Shown here piece by piece: positions 1 through 12,450 of a stretch of 64,000 nucleotides of DNA (position 1 is the stretch's first letter; the number at the start of each line of letters is the position of its first letter). Both the position numbers and the translations under genes were made by a program. The DNA lies in assembly GCA_008632985.1 (NCBI GenBank), contig QPGO01000001.1, positions 900,404 to 964,403 on the forward strand. The letters are read 5' to 3'. Origin of the DNA: Psammoneis japonica (taxonomy: Eukaryota). The notes under the pieces were generated by a model. That model was not told the origin of the DNA. It saw only the letters and a list, made by a program, of their open reading frames with translations, and ran no database searches.

Positions 1-1696
1 TCCTTGTACGGAGAAACGCCGAATCGCAGCTTTATTGTAATATATATGTTGCCTATATGTTGGATCTTGGGATATGTCTGTCTCGGCGTCACGACAAATC
101 GTTTTATTGCTCATTTTTTGGTCGCTGCCGTGTGTTGTGTTTACTAGAGCTCATTGTTGTTGCTTCAAAGAGGATCCGCTCCGGGCTATCCAAGGCACGG
201 AAAGTCTCTTTATTGTGTTTAAAAGAGATTCGTTGCTTTGAATTTTTCAAAACGGGGATCTCTGCGTCGTGAAATCATCGCAAATCTAACGGCATGTTTA
301 CCTTTTTCTCGTTCCTTGAAGTGTAGGCTTTGTCGGGTGTTGATTATGGTCATAACCTTTCTTCCTATCTCATGGTAACAGCAGCTGAGTTGTTTGCTTC
401 GGGGGAGGGTAACAATTTTGGAGAGGCACAAAGATGGGACATGATACATGGGGTTTGGGTTGCTCCCGGAGTTCGGCATTACACGCACAACAAGAAGCAG
501 GCCGAATGCACCTAGACGGCATGGTGGTGTAGCACACGACGACAAGAAATTGCCGAAGGAGTATGTTGAGACTGTATTGGAAAAAGTTGGGGACAATGTA
601 TGGCAGTATGCACAGAAGGATGGTGGGAAAATTCGTCTTCTCAAATCTGTTTGGGAAGAAGTTGATCAGATGTTTGGCCGGAGGATCAAGCATTGGTAGA
701 AGAGCTGAAGACTCTTACGATTGCGGAGTTGTTTCGTGCGGCGCCAAAAGATGAGAACAACAAACCAAAAGAACCCGTCCTTCTACACTTGGCTGCCAAA
801 GATGTAGACACACCGTCCGATCAATCCGTGCTACAGCAGATTTTGCGTAGGTGGGGTGGGGGAGGTATTTCATACTTAGTCATGATTGCACGATCTATAG
901 ATTAATGGCATGACTACACACTCTAGACAGATTTCAAATAGCTTTTTATTCTAGCCAATATATGAAGTTAGCCAGGGTAGGGTTAGTTGATCGCGAATGT
1001 TGCCATTGTTGTCACACCATAGACAGCATAATGCAGTGTTACCGGCATGCCAGTAATGTCAAATAGCGCACGGCGTTACCAACTATAGCAGCCACACCTT
1101 GTCCACACAATCTACTACTAGATAGATAAGCAGCATGACTGCGCATTCTACATAGATTACAACTACAGTTTTATTATTCTAGTAAATTGCTGCTCGAGCG
1201 TTCGTGTTAATGCTCCAGCACAGCTGAGCATCCCCCGTCTTTTTCTTCTTATCATCACACCCAGGCACCCCGCACTTGCGACTATAGTTCCTTGCTTTTT
1301 GTGGCGTCATCTCTTCCAATGCCAGCTCGTGTGCCAACAACCAATTCATCCCTTCTTCATAAGAAAACCGCTTCAAGCCAGACTTGTGAACAAAGAAGTA
1401 GTACTCAATTGGATTTAAATCAGGGCTCAGCTACTGTCACCATGTTTTGAAAAATTCAAAGCAACGAATCTCTTTTAAACACAATAAAGAGACTTTCCGT
1501 GCCTTGGATAGCCCGGAGCGGATCCTCTTTGAAGCAACAACAATGAGCTCTAGTAAACACAACACACGGCAGCGACCAAAAAATGAGCAATAAAACGATT
1601 TGTCGTGACGCCGAGACAGACATATCCCAAGATCCAACATATAGGCAACATATATATTACAATAAAGCTGCGATTCGGCGTTTCTCCGTACAAGGA
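1..1696. mobile_element. Long inverted-repeat element (non-autonomous DNA transposon / foldback-like); left arm cut by the window edge
   Basis: 1-253 is the reverse complement of 1444-1696 (tccttgtacggagaaacg... / ...tttctccgtacaagga); no mismatch seen. The 1.2-kb interior holds only short ORF fragments and no transposase. Confidence 0.65.
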
Positions 1697-1980
1697 TAAC
1701 GCTAAATCGAAAAAGTAATCGCGTTCTCGGGAACACCCAACGCGAAATTGCACGCAAAACGACTACGAGATTCACTTTTCTCGACGAATTCAGTACGGAT
1801 TTTCACAAACAAAGCAATGCACATGTTCTTACAATGATTGCGGTTCTACCGATGCCTTGTTCGCCGCCGTTTGAGGCCAAAAGCGTCGTCAATTGCAAAA
1901 CTCGGGATGTGCGGCTGCGGAAGGAGAGAAAAAAAGTTGTGGTTTTCGGTAAAGATTTTAAAATAGAAGATTAAGGAAGC

Positions 1981-3810
1981 CTATGTAGAGCGGAAGGTAA
2001 CAGCAGAGGGAGGCACGGAGGTAGCTGTAGAGACGGTAGAGTAAAAGGGTCGATGGACGCAAGACGAAGGGCGTTTTGTGGAAGGTATGGGTGAGGAGGG
2101 GGCAGGGAGAGAGGAGGTGAATCGGAGGATGTGCGTAGAAAGGTGAAGAACAACGTTGTAGCCAAGAGTTTGGGTGGCCCACTGGGATGGGGTGGCTGTA
2201 CGGTAGGTGTTTCCAAAGCGATCGGCGGACAGGCGACGCCATGCGGAGTCAGCAGAGGGAAGGATTGCAGACGGAGACGATAAAGCGTAGAGGAAGGCGG
2301 AGTAGGAGACATCGGAGTGACGGAGGTCAGAGGAAGAGGACCAGGGTGGCTTGGGCTGAGAGCAGACGGGGGGGGATGTAGAACCAAAGAGCAAGCGGTG
2401 GGCAAAGTAGCCGAGACCACCAAGGTGATCGACAGTGAAGGGGAGCAGGAAGATGCCATTGTTGTCAAGCGAAGAAACAACAAGGGATCCATCGGCAGAG
2501 GAAGCAGAGGGGCCAAGAAACTTCAATCTCGCGCTCGAGTGGTGTGCCTCAGTTAAGATAGGAGAAGAGGGGGCAGGCAGACCTGGAGGAGGGCGAGAGG
2601 AAGCTTGAGGGACGGTGACGTCCACTGCAATGTAGTGATGGCGGGAGGGAGCGGAAAGGGAGGCGGGAGGGGGGATAGAAATGCCGACATCGGCGGGACG
2701 GAGAAGCGGGCGGGTGGGGAGCAGGTTGGTGGGCTCAAGATGGACGTCATTGGGGGATCGACAGAACTCTGCAAGGGGACCCAAAGTTTGGGCTAGGATG
2801 AAAACAGTGTCACGGAGACCATTGGAAAGCTTGGACTTGTGAGCACGGCGGCAAGAAAAGGCATGATCACCATAGGCGTCCAGAATGGCATGGCCACAGG
2901 GACAGGGAGTGTTGACAAGGGACGGAGGAAGGATGGGGAGACGAAGCTTACGAAGGGCGGCGACAGCGCAGGCGTCCGAAGAAAGGCGGGAGCTTGGAAA
3001 GCGACGAGAGAAGGAATGAAGAGGAAGACTTGTAAGTGGAGACAGCAATGAAGGGAGTGAAGATTGCACGTCGTAAGATGAGTTAGCAAGGATGGAGGTC
3101 ACTGCTTGTTGCTGATGTTCGTGGTAGAGACGACGGGCCAGGCCGGGGAGAGTGGCCGATTTAACCAGGGTAGCCAAGGAAGAAGAGGAAAGGGCAGAGG
3201 CGGAAGCCAGAACGGGAGCACAACGGCGGAAGAGCGTATAGAGTCGTAGGGAAGAGTGAGGGTTGGACCAGGAAGACAGGGAGAGCCGAAAGCAGCGCGG
3301 AAGGGAAACAGAAGCGCCAGATGGTAGGCTGACACCGTGCGAAGCAAAGCGGAACGAGCGGAGAAGCGACACCAAGAAGGAAGGAATGGCGGCAGCTGTT
3401 GGGTCCCGGAGACCAAACCCGCCTAAGGAGGCAGGAAGGAAGGCGATGGCAATAGAGTGGTCGGGAAAAGGAGCGGCGTAGGAAGTGACGTAGTGTAAAA
3501 AGCGGTGAGTAACGGTGAGGAGGAAATCTTGAAACGGAGAGGTCCAGAGAAAGGGGTCGGAAGGATTGTCGGGGTCGAAGTTGTGGTAGAAGTCAGCTCC
3601 AAGGAGGTGAGCAGAGGATGGAACAAAACAGTGCTTGAAGAGTTGAGCCTGGGTTTGTTTATCATGGAGACGGGTGAGAAGCATGTCAACTTTGTCGGAG
3701 AGAGTAGAGGAGGTGTCGGGAAAGGAAGGAGGTGGCGAAGTCGTGGGAGCCGAGGGGCTGTCCAAGGAAGCGAACACCAGAGGTGAGTTCGGGGTTGTAA
3801 GAGGGGTCAT
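1981..3810 (-). pseudogene. C-terminal part of the non-LTR polyprotein: RT thumb, CCHC-like knuckle, RLE endonuclease
   Basis: LPASLGGFGLRD; CPCGHAILDAYGDHAFSC; LRPADVGI...IAVDVTV (PD-D/ExK-type RLE). Joined to the RT frame by a frameshift near 3720. Confidence 0.85.
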
Positions 3811-5209
3811 TGGCAGGGTTTAAGAAGGAGAGTGCAGCACGAAGAGAATCGGCACGGGAAGGGGGAAGAGCAGGGATGGGGCTAACACCGGTAATGGAGG
3901 TGAGAATCTTGGTTTTACGGAGGTTGAGGGAGATTCCGCAGGGGGCACCGAGGGCGGAGAAGCGTTCAAGGAACCATGGGAGTACAGAATGGGGAAGGAA
4001 AGCGTGAGCATCGTCAATGTGGGAGCCAACTGAGACAGAGGAACGGCCAGGGATACGTTCTTGAAGTTCTTGGTCAATCGGACGAAGAACCAGAGAGAGG
4101 ACTGGGCTGGCAAAGACAGGGCCGAGAGGGCATCCTTGGGCAAATCCCTCTTCTTGAAGAAAGGAGCCCCAGGTAGAATCGGGTCGGCGATGCCAACATG
4201 TGTTGGAACTTTGACGTGGAAGGTCAAAAAAAGGAAGCAGAGGATGAAAGGCAGGGGTGGAAGTGAGAACGTGTCGACAGGCATCTCGAGATGCTTCGTT
4301 GAACATGTTGACGAGGTCAAGAAGAAGAAGAGCCTTGGTAGAGTCGGCGGAAGAAAGATGTCGTTCAATGTTGGCAAGAGCAGAGTGCATGAGATAATCG
4401 AGGCCACCTTTGACACCAATGCCAAATTGGCCATCTGGGAGGAGGCATTCGGTAAATGCAGAACCAAAGAGAGTCATGACGACGGAGCCGGCGATGCGAC
4501 GAAGAGCAGCACCGACGCCAATGGGGCGAAGCTTGTTGAGGTCGCTGGCATCTTTGTGCAAAGCGACAAAGCAGTTCAAAGCAAATAAGGAATGGACGGA
4601 GGAAGGAATGGAGCCATGGAGCAGAAGAAGGACAAGCTCACGAAAGGATGACAAGTGGGGGCGTTGAGCAACACCTGTTGGGGTTTTGGCAGAATGGAGG
4701 GCGTGGGACTTGAAAAGGTCGGTAGAATCAGCAAAAACACCAGCAGCAGTCCCAGGCTTGCATTTGGAGAGAGCGGAAAGAAGAGCATCGGAGGAGAGCT
4801 CAACAGGCTCATTATGAAGGGAGGAGGCCGAGCGAGTTGAAGGAGGATTGGGCAGGTTGGAGGGGTGGAGGCGAGGAGGGTAGAGCTTGAGGATGGCAGG
4901 AAGGCGCTCGGGAGCAACGGCAGCAACAGGAAGTGCAGAGGTGAGCTTGGAGCAGGCCGAGTGAAAGTTGTCTTCGTCGGCGCAAACTTGAGCTGGAGTG
5001 GCAACAGGTGGAAGCAGAAAAGTCAGGGGAAGATGAGGAGAGGCGTGGCGCATGGGAGTGGGCTTCGTGGTAGAGTTGGTGAATGCAGCCACGGCGGAAG
5101 AGGGACAAGCGGGAGGCAATGGCAGGGCCAAACTTGGAGCGTGGCGGGACAGGAGCAAGAATGAGAGCTTCAAAGAGTAAGAGCAGCTTCCAGAAGGGAG
5201 CAGAGTCAC
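3686..5209 (-). pseudogene. Reverse transcriptase domain of the non-LTR element
   Basis: LRPIGVGAALRRI, QFGIG, LLLDLVNMFN, GFAQGCPLGP, SHIDD (YxDD with Y->H), GISLNLRKT, FLGQPLG. Confidence 0.9.
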
Positions 5210-5714
5210 GTTGCCACGTAGGAATGAGGTGGGAGGGGTCAGAGAGAGGCTGGGAGGCGGCTGGTGCCCAGCTTGTCACATGATGAAGAGCAGAGTAGAG
5301 TTCCTTACGGGCAGAGGACGAGAGCTTGCGGCGGCAAGAAGCTCGGAAAGGCGGAGGCTCGAGTGCAAGAGCATGGAGCCATTGCAGCGAGGGGCCCCAG
5401 TCACCTAGATCATGGAAGGACGAGAGAACAATGTCAGTGTCAAGGGAAGAGCGAGGAGCGAAGTGCTTGTTCTGCAAGTGATTGCGAAGGTGGGTGGTAG
5501 ACAGGCAGGTGCATTGGCTGTGATTGCAATGCCTGCAGACATGCAAACCAGCGGCATCGAAGAAGGACGTAGGTGCATGAGAAAGCGAGAGGCGGGGATG
5601 CTCCTGGTGAAGATGGCTGCGCACAGAAGTGGGAAGGGATGATGCATCAATGGAAGGAGGGGACCAGGAGCAGAAGGGGCAAGTTGGCGGGGCACGGGCT
5701 TCGGTGGGTTCCAC
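4812..5714 (-). pseudogene. N-terminal zinc-finger segment of the non-LTR polyprotein
   Basis: CPFC...HLHQEH and CRHC...HLRNHLQNKH; frameshifted relative to neighbouring segments. Confidence 0.7.
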
Positions 5715-8234
5715 GAGGCGATGAGATCGCGGAGGGAGTCGACATCAGGGGCTGCAGCCCGGATGGCTTCTTCGTAGAAAGGTTGCCAGGTGGAAAGGCG
5801 GGCCGGGCAGTGAGCACCTACGAAGGCATCAAGGACATCCAAGAGTTCCATCTTGCGCTGGGACTGCTGGGGAGAAACCGAGTCATCAGATTCGGTCTGC
5901 ACAATTGCATCGGGAGCGGTGGGGGGCGGAGAGGTCTGCAAAACTACGGCAGGAACAGCGGGGGGCGGAGAGAAAGCATCGGGAGAAGAGTGGGGACGTT
6001 TGGAGGGAGGAGGCTCGGTGGTGAGGGAGTGGGCTTGGGGAGGATGGGAGGAAGGAGATGCAGCAGCAGGGAGCGGATCTTGGGGCTTGGGGAGCTGCCA
6101 GTCTTGAGCAAGCAGCTCAAGGGCACGACACGAGAAAGAATCTCGAGAGGGAGCGGGCGGCTGAAGAGCAGCAGAGGCGCAGGATGGGGAAGTCACACTG
6201 TCGTCATGGGTGGATTCCGCCACAGAGGTAAGGAGATCCAAGGGAAAGCCGGGACAGTCATGTGGGTTGGCATCCACAAGAGCAATTGTGCACGGAGACG
6301 GGAAAAAGAGCAGCTTGTACTTGATTGGGAGGGAGTCATGAGCAGAGAAGATGGGGGTGAGGGAGTGAAGATTGGTTGTGGCAAGGAGACGACTGATGCC
6401 AGGTTGGGTGAGAGGAAGAAGAAGATGGTCAGAGATGACCACTTTCATGTTGCTCTGACGTGAAATGAGCTCGGAGAGGGCATTGCAGGTGGAAGCAAAG
6501 TTGGCCGGGGCTGGGAAGGGAATGATGGCAGTGGAGGTCCCCAGGATGGAGAAGGAGGCAGGTGGCGCATTGGATGGATTAGTGACATGAAGCAGGGTGT
6601 TCCAGACGGCATCGGAGGCAGCAGAAATGTAAAAAACCGGAAGAGAGCGGTGTCGCGCCTGGGCCGAGTTAGCGGGGCATTGCGAAGGACGAATTCCAAC
6701 GAGATTGAGAAAGGCAGGATGGTCTCGGAAGGATTGAAGGATGGGATTGGTCGTAGTGCTGGAGATCTTGCCAACAAGGAAGGAATAAAGGAGGGATAGA
6801 AGAAACTCAGAAGTGCATCGAGAAGAACCGTAGAGGGCTGGAGAGGGGCCAGCAAGGATGCCATGAGCCTTTTCTTCGAAAGAGTTGCAAGCCGGGATCA
6901 TAAAGGTGCAGTGCCGAGCCCAAGGATTGTCCACAGCCGAAACCAGAGAGAAGTCAGGGTGGAGAAAATGGGAAGGGGAGCCAGCGGAGCGGAAGGGGGT
7001 GAAGTGCGACGTGGGGTGTAGATGCCACTTCTGAAGGAGAAAAGAGAGCGCTTGGCTGCGGAAGGATTCGAAGGAAAAGGTGGTGCCGTCGGGGGTCACC
7101 GGGTGAAGAGTAACGTGAAAGTAGGACGCCCACTGATTCTGGTGAGGATAGGAGCGCTTCTTGGTTTCGGCAAGCGTCACAGAGCCAAGAGTGAGGAGGA
7201 GCGGGGAGACGCGCCGGCCATGATGCTCCAGCGTCTTAAGAATGATGTCACGAATGACATCAGACGTGAGAGCAATGGCAGGCACGTCAGGCAGGTCAGT
7301 AGGATGAAGGACCTGAGCTAAAAGCTTAACATCAGCAGGAGGAGCGGAGGCGAGAGTAGACATGATCAAGTGGGAAGAGAAAGTTGCAGAGAGTCGTTGT
7401 TGTGTGCGGATCGCCAAAAACAGCGACAAGGTCACAGAACGTGTAGAAAGATAGGAGGAGGGAAGGTGAGGGCATGACGTGGGCAATCGTACACGAATGA
7501 TCGTAGAGGATGCATAGAAACATAGGGAGGAAGGCACAAGCAGAAGCGCGAAGGGAGTCATGGAAGAGAAAGGGGCAGTAGAGAGGGCCGAAGGGTAGGG
7601 GAAGCTGTAGAGGAGTACGGAAGCAATCGTGTTCGAAGGGGCGTAGAAAGGCATGTGGAACGATAGGAGAGGAGTCATAACTAAAGGCGCGAAGGGAGTC
7701 ATGGGAGGAAGGGGGGCAATTGAAGGGATTGCTGGAGGAGGAAATGGGGAAGAGGTCAGGGAGCAGAGAGGGGCCATAGGGAAAAGAAACGAACAAGGCA
7801 GAGAGGGAGAGAGGGCATAAGGAAGAGCAGAAAGGGAAATGGCAGGGGGCAGTTGTTGGGATGAAGAAAGGGAGTGAGGAAAAGTGAAAGGGCAATGGAA
7901 TGAGCAGTTGGAAGGGCGATTGGCAATCGTGGAAACTGAGGGCCGGTAGAAGGGGCGTAGAAATGTACAGGCGAAAGGAGCGAAGGGAGTGGCCGAAAGG
8001 GAATGAAGAAAGGAGACGATGGCAAAGGCAAGAACGGTAGGGAAAAGGATCCGCAAAAAGAAGAGTGGCCATGGCGGAGGGTCGGGAGGCCACTTCGGGA
8101 GGTGTAGCAAAGAGCTACTGCATCCATCATGGGACGCCATCGTCATACGAATTACCATTGATTTTTTCATCCACTTTTGGGTGGCATGCTCGTGGCTGGT
8201 TAACGACAAGCCCATAACCCAATCTCATTGTCTG

Positions 8235-8366
8235 ACTTCGAGCCAAAGTAAGCTAAATGGTTAGTGTAAATCGTTAAGTGTCATTTCCACTTCGACACAA
8301 AGAAAGCTAAATGGTTAGTGTAAATCGTTAAGTGTCTTTTACACTTCGACACAAAGAAAGCTAAAT
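8235..8366. repeat. 54-bp tandem repeat, about 2.4 copies, at the 5' end of the non-LTR element
   Basis: agctaaat starts at 8251, 8305 and 8359 (period 54); unit core agctaaatggttagtgtaaatcgttaagtgtc. Confidence 0.9.
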
Positions 8367-8689
8367 ACTTGACGGTGGTGTCAGATTTCAAATTCTGAGC
8401 AATACAGAAATGTCAATGATGAATAAGGATTTTTGATCGCTTCTGCCGTAAATGTCATTACGCCAATGCCACTCTAGTGAATACAAATGAATTTGTATTC
8501 CATCCTTTTCCTGAACTTTGATCTATCGCCATTTTCGATACGAGTATACGCGATGACAACAATAAGGCATGCTTGTATGTGTCATGGCCATAAGCTGTGA
8601 GGCGTACCGTCACATTTGGATTGAACTCGGGGATCTTGATGTCGAAAGTAGCCATTTGTTTGACATTCGTGATTTTTCATCGCCCACAA

Positions 8690-10750
8690 ACTGGGATTTC
8701 AACTGAGTCGAGTTGATGTTGGACGTGTTTCAAAGCACTGCGTTTGATGAAACAATTGAGGGCTCTGGAATTATGGCATTTTATGCCATGGAGACTTAAA
8801 ACAGTAAATGGGTTGACAGTCAAGCAGTGATCGGGTTTGCCAACATTTCCAAAAATGTGACAAGCAACAAAAATTGCATCACTCAACAACCAACAACATC
8901 TCAAGAGACAGAAACAAGAAAAGTGACTCCTCTTTGCACTTGAATTAAAAGAGACAACAATGCACAACAAACATTTGAGAAGGACAAGAACAAGCTCTTG
9001 AATGCATGAAACAAGAAGAGAGTCAATGAAGCAACCACTCTTGCTTCGAACCTCTTGACCTGTTCTGTCCATGATGGTGGTTGGTTGAGAAAGGTTGGTG
9101 GTGGTTTTTTGTGTGACTTGCAGCTTGAGGCATGTTGATGCATGAACACATTGGTGTCACCTTTGAAATGTGCCACTTGTGGAGCTTGAGTGGACAGCTC
9201 TCTGTGCTCAAGCTTTGTCCACCAAATGCTCCGTCAAAGTCCAGATGCTGCCCGCCCCCCATCCCACCCGACCATTGACACAAAACAGTTCTTGCAAAAT
9301 GTTGTTGCCTGTTTCCCTCTTCCTCTGCAGAGCAGCTCTCTTGGTGACAGTGCTGCCCACATCCCAGAATGTGCTCAAGAATGCTTTCTAACTTGCCAGC
9401 CAAGACACCCAACTCGGGGCTGTGTGGGCTCAAATCTCTCTCAAGACAAGCTGACATTTGTGCCTGGCACTGGTGGCAATGCTGAGCCCTCCTTCCCATT
9501 TGACTTCCCAGGAGTGTGCCCAGACCTCCTGCATGCCAGGTGGCTCAACCACAAGAGTCGCCATCTTTGCCAGCTTTGTCAGCAGGATGTGCCAAGGCTG
9601 CTCTGGCCATGTGTGCACCTGGCTGGCACCACAGTGCAAGGACAGCTGCGACAGCACTTTCTGCTGTCAGCAAAGAGTGTGAGCTGGCTGGACTGCCCAA
9701 CCCCACACTTCGCAGCTCCTTGGCAGTCACTCTAAATCACGTGCCAACTTGGGGTCAACCACACCTGGCTGGCTGCAATGCAAAGACAGCTGTGGCAGCA
9801 CTTTGTGGCAGAGTGTGAGAGCTCCTGGCTGGGCTCCCAACCCCACACTTCACAGCCCCTCAGCAATGGCTCCCAACCAAATGACAACTTGGGGCCAATG
9901 GCTGTGAAGTGCCATTGTTTCAAATTCCTGTGCCTGGCCCCTCACACAGCTTTGCACAGGGTCAACATGTGTGTGTGTGGCCTCTTTGCAAGATGGGCCC
10001 CTGGCTGGCTGCTGACTCAGCCACGGCTTGCAACAAGAAGCCACCACAACACAGAGCATTGTGGGGTGAGTGCAGCACAGCTTGAACAAGCAAACCATGC
10101 TGAGATCACCCAGAGTCGGCTGCTGTCCTGGGGCTCCATTCAAAGCTGAGCTGGGCTGCTTGGCTCCTTGGTGTGCAGCACATGCTTGGCATCACATTCT
10201 TGTCGCCAAGCAGCCACATGGCATGTGCCCACCATTTGTGTCTGCAACAGCGACCCCAGTCACAAAGAAAAAGTTGAACCTGCTTTTGTGGTTGAAGAGT
10301 GAAGAAACTGTGAGTGAAGTTGGGCTCAAGATTTGTTGGCAATGCCAAGTGGGCAGCCAAAGAGAGGCACCAAAAATGGCTGTTCTTGCTCATTTCTCAA
10401 GAGGAGCTTGCACTCATGATGCAGGGTCTGAAGCAAGCACCAGTCAAGATGACAGTTTTTTCTCTCTGCCCCACTTGAAACACAGCCTTTGAGTCAATGT
10501 GGTGCTCCTTCAACAATTCGCACACACTGGGATGAGCAGAGCTGGAGCCAGGGCAGCTGGCCTGGCAGGGCTTGGCTGACACCCAAGCTGGGCTGCTCAG
10601 CTTGGTGGCACACACTCAGTGTCACATCTCTTTGCACCTGCAGCAACCACCCTGGACCAAAAGAAGCCAGTGCAACTCTGGCCCTGGTTGCATGGTCAAT
10701 TGTGTGTGTGTTCAATGGTCGAATCCCCTCTTTTTTTCTCTTTTCCTTTT
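8690..10750. other. Degenerate TpA- and CpG-depleted block (unidentified repeat/TE relic)
   Basis: About 7 TA in 2 kb by eye, all in TAA/TTA context; Cys/His-rich, Tyr-free spurious ORFs in all frames. Confidence 0.75.
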
Positions 10751-11140
10751 AACCGGCCACGAACATGAAAAAATTGCCTGGTTTTCGCCAACGCGCAATT
10801 CTGACGTTTTGCGCATTCTACAGTACACGATTAAATAAGGCCGTCACGTGGAAGTACACAGTGACCAACACTGGCAACTTTGAACTTTCCAACGTTACTG
10901 TAGAAGAAGGGGTGAGATCACCAACCGAGTTTCGGGAGATTTAGACAATGATGGAAAGCTTGATGTGTTTGAAACGTGGATCTTCCTATGGAATCGCACA
11001 AGTCGGTGTCTACAACAACACCGGATCGACCGAGGCTACAGCGAACGGAAAGAAGGTTGACGACCACCTCGTATGTCGGTTTACAGACGTCGGTGTCACC
11101 TTCTGATGCTCCAACGAACGCGCCAACAGACACACCGAGT

Positions 11141-11282
11141 TCTTGTCCTTCATTCGCACCAACAAAGTATCCGACGGGCATTCCTAGTGAGGATCCTTCA
11201 GCTGCACCATCTTGTCCTTCATTCGCACCAACAAAGTATCCGACGGGCATTCCTAGTGAGGATCCTTCAGCTGCACCATCTT
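11141..11282 (+). repeat. Perfect 69-bp tandem duplication
   Basis: tcttgtccttcattcgcacc... at 11141 and 11210; encodes SCPSFAPTKYPTGIPSEDPSAAP twice. Confidence 0.95.
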
Positions 11283-12126
11283 CCGAGCGAATCTCCTAGT
11301 AGGATGCCTGTCGCTGCCCCATCCCGAGCACCATCGGCAGAACCGACTCTGCTCCCATCCTCAGACTCTAGCGACAAACCGACTTTAATGCCGACGCTGT
11401 CTCCTACTGCTCGTCCGAGCAAGAGCCCATCAGACCCCCTTTCTCAAGCACCAACGACAGTGGCTATTAAGATAGACACGCGGACCAACGATGACGATGG
11501 TATCGACATTATTGTTGATGAGCCTGTTACATGGACTTACACCGTCACTAACGAGGGTACGGCGCCCCTCGTCAACGTGTTAGTCATTGATGACATGATC
11601 GGTCAAGTTACGAATCTTGTGGATGGTGATATTGACGGCGACAACGAGCTTGATGTCGATGAGACTTGGGTATATGAAGCCGTTGATACTTCCAGGGCCG
11701 GGAACTACAGCAACACAGGAAGAGTTTCCGCTACGTCCGGCGAGGAAGAAGTTGAAGACGAAGATTCCTCATCCTACTTTGGCGCGAATGTATCTGTCAT
11801 GATTGAAACGCTGACCAACGGTGAAGAAGCGGGAGTTGAAATTGAAGCGGGAAGTCTCGTTACCTGGACATACATTGTTACCAATGACGGTAACGTCCCC
11901 TTGAGTAACATTCGTATCGACGATGATGAACCCGGTGTTGTACCGGTATTGATCTCGGGAGACTTGAATGGCGATGACATTCTCGATGTCGGGGAGACAT
12001 GGATTTACGCTGCCAATGGTACTGCCAGGACTGGAGACTACTTTAACTCTGGCACAGTAGAAGGTTCCTTTGGTGACGAAGACGCCGTTGACAATGACCC
12101 AAGCTCCTACTTCGGGTACAATGTCT

Positions 12127-12450
12127 CAGTAAAGATTGAAACTTTGACCAATGGCGACGATGGAATAACCCTGGATGTCGGCGATGGTGTCATCTGGACG
12201 TACGCCGTTACCAATGAGGGGAATGTGCCTTTGAAGAACGTTCTTGTCACTGGTGACCAAATTGGAGTGATTGAAAACCTCGTCTCTCCCAGTAAAGATT
12301 GAAACTTTGACCAATGGCGACGATGGAATAACCCTGGATGTCGGCGATGGTGTCATCTGGACGTACGCCGTTACCAATGAGGGGAATGTGCCTTTGAAGA
12401 ACGTTCTTGTCACTGATGACCAAATTGGAGTGATTGAAAACCTCGTCTCT
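12127..12450 (+). repeat. Tandem duplication with 163-bp period that shifts the frame
   Basis: cagtaaagattgaaactttgacc... at 12127 and 12290; one substitution seen (actggtgac vs actgatgac). Confidence 0.95.

Larger units (their letters stand above)
1960..8230 (-). mobile_element. CRE-like non-LTR retrotransposon (zinc fingers, RT, restriction-like endonuclease), frameshifted
   Basis: Consecutive minus-strand ORFs carry C2H2-like fingers, RT motifs and a C-terminal RLE. Probable start is ATG 7363 (MSTLASAPP), preceded by a pyrimidine-rich 5' region. Ends are approximate. Confidence 0.85.

Noticed and set aside
7364..8215. N-terminal 284 aa of the 936-aa ORF as real protein
   Set aside because: Pyrimidine-rich low-complexity sequence, more likely the 5' UTR; protein-like sequence starts at ATG 7363.
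8235..8366. CRISPR-like array (also considered for the 72-bp LRR units)
   Set aside because: Contiguous tandem units without unique spacers, no cas genes, eukaryotic context.
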